Assembly: GCA_046294625.1 (NCBI GenBank)
Contig: JBKBKN010000007.1
Location: 2,517-66,516 of the forward strand
DNA: 64,000 nucleotides
Direction: 5' to 3'
DNA from: Flavobacteriales bacterium
GTDB taxonomy: Bacteria; Bacteroidota; Bacteroidia; M30B66
The notes beneath the pieces are model-generated. The model was not told where the DNA came from. It worked only from the letters and a program-made list of their open reading frames with translations, and did no database searches. Below are positions 50,070 through 59,450 of the stretch, piece by piece (position 1 is the stretch's first letter; each line of letters begins with the position of its first letter). The position numbers and the translations under genes were made by a program.

Positions 50070-51002
50070 ATGAAAATAGGGCAGGGAAAATATTCAATCA
50101 AAGACCTGGAGAGGTTATCCGGAATTAAGGCGCATACAATCAGAATTTGGGAGCAACGCTATAACATATTAGCGCCTGAACGAACTAATACCAATATCCG
50201 TTTATACAACGATAGGGAATTAAAGCAGCTGCTCAATATTGCCTTGCTCATCAGTCAGGGATCTAAAATATCTCACATCAGCAAATTGTCTGAAGAAGAA
50301 ATCTGCAACAAGATTCACCATATCAGTCTTAATCCAGAGCATCAAGACCAATTTTTTCAGGTGCAGATCAATGAGCTTGTACTGGCCATGATTGAATTTA
50401 AAGACAGTAAATTTGATAAAGTCATTTCTACTTGTACTTTGAAATATGGATTCGAGTCAACCATGATCAACGTATTGATTCCCTTTTTGCATAAGGTGGG
50501 TGTGATGTGGCGAACAGGTGAAGCCAATATCGTGCAGGAGCATTTTATCAGCAATTTGATAAGAAGAAAAATCATTGTAGCTATAGATGGTTATGTAGGA
50601 ACAGAATCTGATGACTCTGATACCTATCTTCTTTTCCTCCCTGAGAACGAACTACATGAATTGGGATTGCTATTTGGAAAATATTTACTCAAAGTAAGAG
50701 GTAAAAATGTGATTTATCTTGGGCAGAATGTTCCCTTCGAAGATGTAGTTCATTTTTGCAAGAATTTCAATCCAATCTATTTATTAACCTTCTTCACTGC
50801 CGCATATTCTGCAGATAGCATTAAGAGTTATATCCAAAGCCTTTCCGAACAGGTTGGGAAGACCAAAATACTCATTGCAGGGCCTCAGATCTGCCAATTA
50901 GGCGAACACTACCCATCCAATGTTCAGCCTTTATTTTGTATTCAAGATCTAATTGACCTCGCAGAAGGCAAAACCAATCTGTTTAACATTTCAAAAAATT
51001 AA
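50070..51002 (+). CDS. CarH/LitR-type MerR-family transcriptional regulator with AdoB12-binding photoreceptor domain
   Basis: ATG at 50070 (the ORF-track start at 50052 is a TTG). MerR HTH (IKDLERLSGIKAHTIRIWEQRY). Wx9EH motif (WRTGEANIVQEH) and ExHxxG cobalamin-binding motif (ENELHELG). Confidence 0.7.
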   Translation: MKIGQGKYSIKDLERLSGIKAHTIRIWEQRYNILAPERTNTNIRLYNDRELKQLLNIALLISQGSKISHISKLSEEEICNKIHHISLNPEHQDQFFQVQINELVLAMIEFKDSKFDKVISTCTLKYGFESTMINVLIPFLHKVGVMWRTGEANIVQEHFISNLIRRKIIVAIDGYVGTESDDSDTYLLFLPENELHELGLLFGKYLLKVRGKNVIYLGQNVPFEDVVHFCKNFNPIYLLTFFTAAYSADSIKSYIQSLSEQVGKTKILIAGPQICQLGEHYPSNVQPLFCIQDLIDLAEGKTNLFNISKN

Positions 51003-51106
51003 TTTAACAATTATTCAAAACAGCCTTGCAAGTCTTGTCTGACAAAGGTTATGTGCAATTGAAATAGTTGTACATACAAATATTTTTTTGTTTAATGATA
51101 AATTAA

Positions 51107-51163
51107 TTTGGTTAAACAGATTTTGTTTAACTATATTTGCTCCATCGTTAAACAAATTAAACT
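51107..51163 (+). promoter_or_regulatory. candidate promoter plus operator of the ECF sigma gene: TTTG (-33-like), TATATTTG (-7 box) embedded between inverted repeat TTTGTTTAAC / GTTAAACAAA
   Basis: A 10-bp perfect inverted repeat (51122..51131 and 51147..51156) flanks a TAnnTTTG element (51133..51140). Extra GTTAAAC half-sites sit at 51111 and in TTGTTTAAT at about 51088. Confidence 0.4.
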
Positions 51164-51670
51164 ATGTCAACAATCGAATTTAATGAAAGTGTACTAAGCT
51201 ACGAGAAGCCGCTTAAGTATTTTGCGCTCAATTTGACATCCAACGATGAGGAGGCAAAGGACCTGTTGCAGGAAACGCTCTTAAAAGCAATGAGCAATAA
51301 GCATCGCTTTGTAGAGAAAACTAATTTGAAGGCCTGGCTTTATACCATCATGAAGAATATCTTCATCAATAACTATCGCAGAGCCATCAAAACAAACACC
51401 ATTCTTGACAATACTAAAGATTTGTATTTCATGAATATACCGCAACATGGTAATGGAAATGCGCCGGAGTCGAAATATTCCGAAAGAGAAATCATCAAGA
51501 AGATTGAGATTCTACAAGACGAATACAAAGTACCATTCACTATGTATTTTAATGGCTACAAGTACAAAGAAATAGCAGATTACTTGGATTTACCTATTGG
51601 CACTGTGAAAAGCCGTATTTTTCTTGCCCGCAGACAGCTGATGGCCATGTTGAAAGATTATCGCAGATAA
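51164..51670 (+). CDS. ECF-type RNA polymerase sigma-70 family factor (LitS-like position)
   Basis: 168 aa with region-2-like LLQETLLKA...KAWLYTIMKNIFINNYRR and a region-4 HTH (YKEIADYLDLPIGTVKSRI). Confidence 0.7.
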   Translation: MSTIEFNESVLSYEKPLKYFALNLTSNDEEAKDLLQETLLKAMSNKHRFVEKTNLKAWLYTIMKNIFINNYRRAIKTNTILDNTKDLYFMNIPQHGNGNAPESKYSEREIIKKIEILQDEYKVPFTMYFNGYKYKEIADYLDLPIGTVKSRIFLARRQLMAMLKDYRR

Positions 51671-51703
51671 TCAAGCAACAAACACTCAAATCCGCTACAA
51701 CTT

Positions 51704-52549
51704 ATGATACGAGGAAATAACCTTTACGACGAAACTTGCCTAAAGTGCAGTAAAATCACTACAGTGAATTACAGTACGTCTTTTTCACTGGGAATAAAAA
51801 CACTCGCCAAACAATATCATAAGCCTATTTATGCAATTTACGGTTTTGTGCGCTTTGCTGACGAAATTGTTGACACCTTCCACCATCAGGATAAAAAAAT
51901 GATGCTGGAATCATTCAAGCAACAAACACACGAATCGATTACCAATAAACATTCTCTCAATCCAATCTTGCACGCTTTTCAATTGGTTGTAAATGAATAC
52001 AATATTGAAATTGAATTGATAGACACTTTTCTGCATAGTATGGAGATGGACTTGCATGACATCAAATACGATCAGGCAGCCTATGAAACTTATATTCTTG
52101 GATCAGCCGAAGTCGTAGGACTAATGTGTCTTAGAGTGTTTTGTCAGAAGAATGATGAACAATATGAAAAATTGAAACCATACGCCATGAAGCTTGGTTC
52201 TGCTTTTCAAAAAATTAATTTTTTGAGAGACTTAAACAACGATTATTTTAATCTTGGGAGGGTTTATTTTCCGCACCTTGATATTCAAAAATTCGATTTA
52301 CAATCGAAGCAAGCAATTGAAGCAGATATCGAAAAAGATTTCGCTGCCGGACTTGAAGGAATCAAGATGCTTCCCGATGGCGCTCGTTTTGGGGTGTATG
52401 TGGCTTATGTTTACTATTATGCCCTCTTCAAAAAAATCATCAATACCCCACCAAAGGTTATTCTGAAAGAAAGGGTAAGAATACCTAATTTCAGAAAGTA
52501 TATGCTTATTTTAAGCTCATACCTTAAACACTCTTTTGGTCTGATTTAA
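51704..52549 (+). CDS. crtB: phytoene synthase
   Basis: Squalene/phytoene synthase fold: YAIYGFVRFADEIVD (first Asp-rich motif) and YILGSAEVVG...LRDL..D second motif region. 281 aa. Confidence 0.8.
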   Translation: MIRGNNLYDETCLKCSKITTVNYSTSFSLGIKTLAKQYHKPIYAIYGFVRFADEIVDTFHHQDKKMMLESFKQQTHESITNKHSLNPILHAFQLVVNEYNIEIELIDTFLHSMEMDLHDIKYDQAAYETYILGSAEVVGLMCLRVFCQKNDEQYEKLKPYAMKLGSAFQKINFLRDLNNDYFNLGRVYFPHLDIQKFDLQSKQAIEADIEKDFAAGLEGIKMLPDGARFGVYVAYVYYYALFKKIINTPPKVILKERVRIPNFRKYMLILSSYLKHSFGLI

Positions 52550-52593
52550 ACAAATCGGCATCTAAAAAGTTAAACAAAATAAACCCATTATCG

Positions 52594-53439
52594 ATGCTCA
52601 ATTTAAAAGTAACGATTGATCAAAACTCCGGATTTTGCTTCGGTGTTGTATATGCTATTGAAATGGCAGAAGAAGTGCTCCACGAGCAGGGTTATCTTTA
52701 TTGTCTTGGCGATATTGTTCACAACGATGAAGAGGTTAATCGATTAAAGTCTATGGGATTAATCATTATTGACCATGCCCAATTCAACGAATTGAAAAAC
52801 GAGAAAGTTCTTATTAGGGCACATGGTGAGCCCCCATCAACTTATCAGAAAGCAATTGAAAATAACATCACCCTAATAGACGCCACCTGTCCGGTAGTGT
52901 TGAAACTTCAAAATAGAATTAGAAACTCTTACGACAAAAAAGAAACCATCTTTCTGATGGGGAAAAAGGGTCATGCCGAAGTGACCGGCTTAATGGGTCA
53001 AATTAACAATGAAGGAGTGGTATTTACTGATATTGAAGAGTTAGAAGGATCCAATTTGCCTGCAGAAGTTACGCTTTACACGCAAACCACTAAGAGTAAG
53101 CAGAAATTTCACGAAACAAAGCGTGCGTTGGAAAGTAAGGGAATAAAGGTAAATGCTCATGATACCATTTGTAGTCAGGTATCTGACCGAGATGTAGAGC
53201 TCAGGGAATTTTCTAAAGCTTTCGACAAAATTGTTTTTGTGTCAGGTACAAAATCTTCGAACGGCAAAGTGCTTTATAACGTTTGCAAAGAGCAAAACCC
53301 GAACACCTATTTTATTAGTACCCCCGAAGAGCTAAATAAGGAATGGTTCAAAGCCAATGACTCCGTTGGTATTTGCGGTGCTACTTCCACACCAATGTGG
53401 CTGATGGAGAATGTCCAAAAGGCGATTGAAAACTTCTGA
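52594..53439 (+). CDS. ispH: 4-hydroxy-3-methylbut-2-enyl diphosphate reductase
   Basis: GFCFGV, HN and ATCP Cys-containing motifs of IspH/LytB. 281 aa. Confidence 0.9.
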   Translation: MLNLKVTIDQNSGFCFGVVYAIEMAEEVLHEQGYLYCLGDIVHNDEEVNRLKSMGLIIIDHAQFNELKNEKVLIRAHGEPPSTYQKAIENNITLIDATCPVVLKLQNRIRNSYDKKETIFLMGKKGHAEVTGLMGQINNEGVVFTDIEELEGSNLPAEVTLYTQTTKSKQKFHETKRALESKGIKVNAHDTICSQVSDRDVELREFSKAFDKIVFVSGTKSSNGKVLYNVCKEQNPNTYFISTPEELNKEWFKANDSVGICGATSTPMWLMENVQKAIENF

Positions 53440-53896
53440 ATCCTACTTCGGCTTGAAAATCAAAATTAAAACAGCCATTGATGGAAAATCTCCGGAAGCA
53501 GCACTAAGTGCATTTGATAAAAATCTTTTTTCTGCTCTAGCGCCAATCTTTCCTAAGCTTGAGATTAATAGATTCGATGGTAGTGAGCCGGGATGTACAG
53601 TTGACATTACACTCAATGCCGGACTGTTTAAACAAAGATGGGTAAGCAAAATCACAGAACGTGAAACCACACCGCAAGATGCCTGGTTTGTAGATGAAGG
53701 TGTTAAACTTCCTTTTTTTCTAAAATTCTGGCGGCATAAGCATCACATCATGCTAGATAAGGATCAGCTTTATATTATCGATGATATTTATTTCAAATCG
53801 CATACACTCCTCTTTTCACTATTGCTCTATCCCATTTTGTATTTACAGTTTAGGGCAAGAAAACCGATTTATAAGCGGTGGTTCAAAAGTCTATAA
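53411..53896 (+). CDS. hypothetical protein (possibly SRPBCC-like with C-terminal hydrophobic tail); start uncertain
   Basis: The ORF overlaps the ispH 3' end, and no internal ATG lies near the 5' end. A TTG at about 53451 is a possible start. No firm motifs. Confidence 0.25.
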   Translation: MSKRRLKTSESYFGLKIKIKTAIDGKSPEAALSAFDKNLFSALAPIFPKLEINRFDGSEPGCTVDITLNAGLFKQRWVSKITERETTPQDAWFVDEGVKLPFFLKFWRHKHHIMLDKDQLYIIDDIYFKSHTLLFSLLLYPILYLQFRARKPIYKRWFKSL

Positions 53897-54014
53897 AATC
53901 AATAATTAACAAATAAAATAGGGGGATCGCAGTAAGCTATCCCCCTATTTTGTATTGTTAACTACCCAGTAAACGATATCTATTTTAAGTCACCGTTCCA
54001 TATTGGTATCGGAT

Positions 54015-55805
54015 TTATTGCAAAATTAGTTTTTTGCTGAGTCTCGCTTTATGGCTGCTTAAGCTAATATTGTAGATGCCCTTTGCCAATCCTGAAACGG
54101 AAATTGTTTTTGTCCAGGCGCCAAATACGTTGAAACTTTCTCTACTAATTACTTGACCCAGCATGTTTTGAATTTCTAATACATACAACTCCGGTTTAGT
54201 TGTTTCGCCTTGAAGCATGGTGATATCGTTTGCAGGGTTAGGGAACATATAAACCCTTGCCAATTCAGGGTCGATTTCAAAGATGCTCAACTTTTCTACC
54301 ACCACATTAATGGTAATTTGATTGGTGCCGCAGGCATTGGTTACGGTGAGAGTTACAGGGTAAGTGCCATCGAATGGGAAGGTGAATGATGGATTCTCTT
54401 GGGTACTCGTGTTTCCTCCTCCAAAGTTCCATAGAAAACTTGCACCATCCTGAGAAGTGTTGGTAAATGACACAGTGTATGAATCATTCACCTGGCTGTA
54501 AGAGAAATTAGCAACCGGAACACTGATTTCATTTACAATTATTGGCTCTGAACTTGCAGTTCCGCAGCCATCGCTTGACTGTGCGGTTACGCTGTAGGTT
54601 CCGGCTGCACTTACCGTAATGGATGTTCCGGTGGCGCCTGTTGACCACACATAATTGGTAAAGCCTGTTGCAGCGGTCAAGGTAACAGAAGTGCCTTCGC
54701 AGAAAGATACCGGCGACGGAGGAGTAACCCCAATCGTCTGCGCCTGACCATCAGTGATGGTGATGTTGGCTGTGTTTTGTTCTCCAATGGTGGCAGGGTC
54801 TGAACTGATTACACGAATTCTGTAGCCCGTACCCGTAGGAGTTCCTGTTGGGATTGTTCCTGAAATTGTTCCACTGGTGGTAGAAGCCAAAGTACCTATG
54901 TTAACCGGATTGGCAAAACTACCTGCGGCATTTGATAATTGGGCCGTAAACACATTGCCGGCGGTGTAGTTTCCGGTGGCAGTAAATGGAATATTCACTG
55001 TTTGTCCTGTGCAATAGGATAGCGGGCTGATATTTCCCGTGTTAATCGCATTTGGTTGAGCAGATGATGAACCAATAATGCTGATATCATCTATACTGTA
55101 TCCGATGCTAGGACCAGGGAAAGCAGTATTATTGGCGCCGTTGGCTAATCTAAAACCAAAACGAAGATTGGCTTGATTGGCAAATTCAGGTCTGGTCACA
55201 GTTTCCTCTACCCATTGTGCATTCTGGGTAAAGTGCGTAGCTGTTGCAAATTGAACCTGCGTCCATGTTGCACCTTGATTGGTGCTAAAAAATAACTGCA
55301 TGAAAGAATTATTGGCTCCGGTGCCCATCCACCAAAACTTAAGACTTACTTCATCAAATCCAGTTGTGCTAACATCGCTGCTCATTCGTGTGAAGTGGTT
55401 CATAGCCGCAACACACAATCCATCTGGACCTAAATAGCCGGCATTCATTGGGCCATCAGTAGCAGTAATGTGTAAGTAATTACTCGTTGGCCCTCCAGCT
55501 ATTGCTGCTGGCTGTGTGGGCGTATTTGCAAAAGTATAATTACCAGGAAGCGGAAGTCCAAATACCGTACAATTGATAGTGCCTTGACCGCCCTGATAGA
55601 TATTGTTCACTATCCAATAGTTAAATATATTCTGTGGAACATTAGGACCCACCGTTGACTGAGCGTCGGTGGTGTTTAATGTCCAGGTGTTGGTTGCTCC
55701 GTTAAAATTTTCGCTGTAAAGGATTGTTTGTGCCGAAAGAGCGCATGGTCCAATGATACAGAGTAAATAAAGAAGGGATTTAATCCTTGAGTAAATTGTT
55801 TGCAT
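54015..55805 (-). CDS. T9SS type A CTD surface protein with PKD domain (paralog of 15524..17965)
   Basis: Signal peptide. The N-terminal domain aligns with that of the 15524 gene (LYSENFNGATNTWTLNTTD... against LYFEDFNAATSTFTLNTSD...). PKD-like region. C-terminal VYMFPNPAND...GIYNISL sorting domain. Confidence 0.7.
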   Translation of the reverse strand: MQTIYSRIKSLLYLLCIIGPCALSAQTILYSENFNGATNTWTLNTTDAQSTVGPNVPQNIFNYWIVNNIYQGGQGTINCTVFGLPLPGNYTFANTPTQPAAIAGGPTSNYLHITATDGPMNAGYLGPDGLCVAAMNHFTRMSSDVSTTGFDEVSLKFWWMGTGANNSFMQLFFSTNQGATWTQVQFATATHFTQNAQWVEETVTRPEFANQANLRFGFRLANGANNTAFPGPSIGYSIDDISIIGSSSAQPNAINTGNISPLSYCTGQTVNIPFTATGNYTAGNVFTAQLSNAAGSFANPVNIGTLASTTSGTISGTIPTGTPTGTGYRIRVISSDPATIGEQNTANITITDGQAQTIGVTPPSPVSFCEGTSVTLTAATGFTNYVWSTGATGTSITVSAAGTYSVTAQSSDGCGTASSEPIIVNEISVPVANFSYSQVNDSYTVSFTNTSQDGASFLWNFGGGNTSTQENPSFTFPFDGTYPVTLTVTNACGTNQITINVVVEKLSIFEIDPELARVYMFPNPANDITMLQGETTKPELYVLEIQNMLGQVISRESFNVFGAWTKTISVSGLAKGIYNISLSSHKARLSKKLILQ

Positions 55806-56312
55806 AGTTGTTTGTGTAGTTTTTTCAATCTAACAAATTTACAAATAGAATCGAATGTTTATGCAATATCTGAAATCCAACAAATCATGCTGTTAAAAAG
55901 GATGAAAATAATGGATTAAAGCAAAAGGTTTCTGGAAACAAGTTAAGCATTCAACGAACGATTTTACCCACATCGGGTATGTTTGTTAAGATGAGATTGG
56001 GATAGCATCGATGCGCTTTTTGCGAAGCCGATTAGATCAATTCTTTTCATACTAACATCGTTAAGTCGGTTTCATGTTATTTTGTTTCTTGCGAATTGGC
56101 TGAATTCGGCAAGTTTCATTGCCATTATGGGCGATCATAATTCGATAGGCTTTATCTGAAAAACACATGATACTGATGAAAAAAATCTTCAGAAGTTCAC
56201 ATATTCAGATTACATCGCCATTTATTAACCTGAACTATGCAACAATTTCTAAATCAGTCTTATTTTTGCTTAGCATTGCGAAATAATTAAAACACATACT
56301 TAATCAAAACAA

Positions 56313-59300
56313 ATGAACAAAATGAAAAAACTGTTTGTACTTTTTTTATTTTACCTTGGCATTCAGCTTCATCAGCTGGGTGCCCAACAGCCAGGTGACA
56401 TAGATAACACTTTTAACTCAATTGACCAAGGATTTTCCTTCGGAGAAGGTTTCAACGGAGCTATTCACAACATAGTAGTTGAGCCGGATGGCAAATACAT
56501 AGTTGCGGGAGATTTTACCATTTATAATGGCCAGTCAAGAAACAGAATCATCCGATTGAACGCTGATGGCTCAATCGACAACACTTTCAATCCCGGGTCA
56601 GGTTTCAATAGCTCGGTTTTCGCTTTAGCATTACAGAGTGATGGTAAAATTGTAGCAGGAGGGTCCTTCACTTCTTACAATGGAACAGCACGAAACAGAA
56701 TAGCAAGACTTAACAGCAATGGGACAATCGACACTGACTTCAACCCGGGTACAGGATTTAACAGCACGGTGAATGCGATTGCTATCCAAGCGGATCAAAA
56801 AATCTTAGTTGGAGGGCAATTTGCAACCTTCAATGGCGGCGCAAGAGCATTTATCGCCCGACTTGAATCCAATGGAACATTAGACAACTCTATCGATTTT
56901 GGAACAGGGTTTAGCGCTTCTGCCAACATTCGTACTATTGCCATTCAATCGGACAATAAAATATTAATAGGTGGAGCTTTTACTACATATAATAGCACAA
57001 CTTCCAATAGAATCGTGCGTATCGAAGCGAATGGTACCATTGATGGAGCATTTAATATTGGAACAGGTGCACAAAATACAGTTGAAGACATCAAAATTCT
57101 TCAAGATGGTAAGATTTACTTGGCTGGATCATTTACCAACTACAATGGAATTGGCAGAAACAGAATTGTAAGAATTGAAGCCAATGGCGCAATTGACAAC
57201 ACATTCAACCCGGGTTCAGGTTTCTCTACTACAGTAAACAGCATTGCCATTCAGGCTGATGGGAAAATTGTAGCCGGTGGCGGGTTTACTTCATTTAATG
57301 GTGTGAATGCCAGCAGAATTGCCAGAATCCTTCCTTCAGGAGCATTGGATACTGAATTCAACATTGGAACAGGCTTCAATTCAACAATAAACATTATTCG
57401 CTTTCAAGCTGATGGAAAAATCATGACCGGAGGTAATCAGACCAACTATAATAGTAATTCGATGGCCTATCTCGGTCGTTTAAATGCTGACGGTACAAGA
57501 GATTTCAGCTTCAATTCAGGAAGCGGATTTAATGGTCCAGTGCAAACAATCAAAGTTGCTTCTGACTCAAGAATTTGGGTAGGAGGGACTTTTACCCGTT
57601 ATTTTAATGACAATACAAATAATATTGTAAGACTTAACACAGATGGTAGCCGTGATGCAACGTTTAACGCGGCAGGAACTGGTTTCAATAATAATGTTTT
57701 TGCAATTGAAGAGTTGAATGACGGAATCACGCTTATTGGAGGGCAATTTTCGACATACAATGGTGCTACGCATAACAGAATTGTTGCTTTAAACCAGAAT
57801 GGTACAATAAACACTTCCATCAATTTTGGCTCTGGATTTAACGGCGTAGTAAGGGCTATTGTGAAGCAGCCTGATGGAAAGATTCTGATTGGTGGTTCTT
57901 TTAATACCTACAGCGGCAACACCATAAACCGCATTGTTCGCTTAAATACTGACGGGTCAATTGATGCAGGGTTCAATATTGGCACCGGTTTTTCAGGCAC
58001 AGTTAGATGCATTGCTTTACAATCTGATGGGAAAATAATTGTGGGCGGAGAGTTCACATCCTACGACGGGAACACCGCTAGAAACAGAATAGTAAGATTG
58101 AATACCGATGGTACATTAGACAATGGCTTTCAAGTTGGAACAGCATTCAGTAATTCCGTGACTAAAATTGTCATAGATAATAATGACAGAATTTATGCGG
58201 TTGGTGAGTTTATCACTTTCAACTCTGTAAACAGAAACAGAATTGTTCGCTTAAACAATGATGGATCATTAGATGGCAACTTTAACCCGGGCACCGGATT
58301 TAATAATTCTACCAATGACATTGCTCTCCAACAAGATGGTAAAGTGATTGTGGGTGGCTTATTTACTTCTTATGGTGGTCAAACCAGGAACTTCATCGCC
58401 CGTTTGAACAATGATGGTCTCCTAGACCTTGCCTACAACGTGGGTACCGGATTTAATAATACTGTAAATACAGTTGCTATCCAAAGCGATGGCAAAGCGC
58501 TTGTAGGAGGTTTATTTGTTTCTTATCGTGAAGTGGGACGAAACCGTATTGCCAGATTGCTGAATCCGTCGGAAGATATTGTGATTACATCTGTAAACCC
58601 GAATCCGGTATGTCGTGGCAATGAAGTGACCGTAAACTTCAACGCAACTTTATTCATCCCTACCGGAAATCTGGTGCTCGAGTTGAGCAACTCGAATGGC
58701 AACTTCTCAAATCCTGTAGTATTGTCAACTATTTCAGCGGTGACATCAGGGTCATTTACGGCTACTATTCCTGAAAGCACACCAATAGGTGAAGGTTACC
58801 GTTTTAGAATTGTAAGTTCTGCTCCTGCCCTAACTGGTTCTGACAATGGCAACGATGTAAGTGTAGTAGAAAATATTTCGGTAACCATCAATGGACCGGC
58901 TACTACTAATGTGAATACTGCAACTACTTTCCAAGCGAGTGTAGTTGGTACTGCTACAACAATTAGCTGGGATATGGGTGATGGAACAACTTATGAAAAC
59001 CAAGCTACCGTACAACATACGTTCACGGCCACAGGTAGCTATACTGTGACACTCACAGTGGATAACGGCGTTTGTTCTTCTACTATTAGTCAAGCAATCG
59101 AAGTTGGGACAACCAGCGTCTCGAATTTTGACAGCGATACTTTTATAAAAGTTTTCACTGCCGGCGACCAACTACAAATCATCAACGAAGGACAAGTGGA
59201 CAAAGCTGAAGTAGCTATTTTCAACTTAGCAGGACAAATGGTGAAACAGTGGAATCAAATTTCACTAAACGCCGGAAGCATGTTGAGCTTGCCAACAGAT

Positions 59301-59378
59301 TTAAAAGAAGGTGTTTACATTGTAAAGCTTCAAAGTCAACAAGGTTTGATTTCGAAGCGCATTTACATTTCGAAATAA
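56313..59378 (+). CDS. delta-60 repeat protein with PKD domain and T9SS type A CTD
   Basis: 1021 aa with a signal peptide. About 14 tandem roughly 50-aa repeats (NRIVRLN.DGS.D..FN.GTGFN..V..IA.Q.DGKI.VGG.FT.YNG), then Ig/PKD-like modules. C-terminal KVFTAGDQLQIIN...GVYIVKLQ sorting domain. Confidence 0.7.
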   Translation: MNKMKKLFVLFLFYLGIQLHQLGAQQPGDIDNTFNSIDQGFSFGEGFNGAIHNIVVEPDGKYIVAGDFTIYNGQSRNRIIRLNADGSIDNTFNPGSGFNSSVFALALQSDGKIVAGGSFTSYNGTARNRIARLNSNGTIDTDFNPGTGFNSTVNAIAIQADQKILVGGQFATFNGGARAFIARLESNGTLDNSIDFGTGFSASANIRTIAIQSDNKILIGGAFTTYNSTTSNRIVRIEANGTIDGAFNIGTGAQNTVEDIKILQDGKIYLAGSFTNYNGIGRNRIVRIEANGAIDNTFNPGSGFSTTVNSIAIQADGKIVAGGGFTSFNGVNASRIARILPSGALDTEFNIGTGFNSTINIIRFQADGKIMTGGNQTNYNSNSMAYLGRLNADGTRDFSFNSGSGFNGPVQTIKVASDSRIWVGGTFTRYFNDNTNNIVRLNTDGSRDATFNAAGTGFNNNVFAIEELNDGITLIGGQFSTYNGATHNRIVALNQNGTINTSINFGSGFNGVVRAIVKQPDGKILIGGSFNTYSGNTINRIVRLNTDGSIDAGFNIGTGFSGTVRCIALQSDGKIIVGGEFTSYDGNTARNRIVRLNTDGTLDNGFQVGTAFSNSVTKIVIDNNDRIYAVGEFITFNSVNRNRIVRLNNDGSLDGNFNPGTGFNNSTNDIALQQDGKVIVGGLFTSYGGQTRNFIARLNNDGLLDLAYNVGTGFNNTVNTVAIQSDGKALVGGLFVSYREVGRNRIARLLNPSEDIVITSVNPNPVCRGNEVTVNFNATLFIPTGNLVLELSNSNGNFSNPVVLSTISAVTSGSFTATIPESTPIGEGYRFRIVSSAPALTGSDNGNDVSVVENISVTINGPATTNVNTATTFQASVVGTATTISWDMGDGTTYENQATVQHTFTATGSYTVTLTVDNGVCSSTISQAIEVGTTSVSNFDSDTFIKVFTAGDQLQIINEGQVDKAEVAIFNLAGQMVKQWNQISLNAGSMLSLPTDLKEGVYIVKLQSQQGLISKRIYISK
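56400..58565 (+). repeat. intragenic tandem repeat array (about 150-nt period, about 14 units) encoding delta-60 repeats
   Basis: Protein-level periodicity is clear, and the DNA units are diverged but recognisable (recurring ...aacagaat.gt.agattgaa...gatgg...). Confidence 0.55.
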
Positions 59379-59402
59379 CCTAACAGAATAGATAATAACT
59401 AT

Positions 59403-59441
59403 AAGGGCGGAGCGCATAGCGCTCCGCCCTTATTATTTTTT
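59403..59441. terminator. bidirectional intrinsic terminator between delta-60 gene and atl-like gene
   Basis: AAGGGCGGAGCGC-ATA-GCGCTCCGCCCTT with a T-run to the right and A/T to the left. Confidence 0.6.
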
Positions 59442-59450
59442 AGAGCATCT

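Noticed and set aside
56400-58565. Highly periodic about 150-nt repeats that could superficially resemble a repeat array or CRISPR
   Set aside because: The periodicity is in-frame coding for delta-60 protein repeats within a 3-kb ORF. The units are diverged and there are no short identical direct repeats with unique spacers. No cas genes are anywhere in the window.
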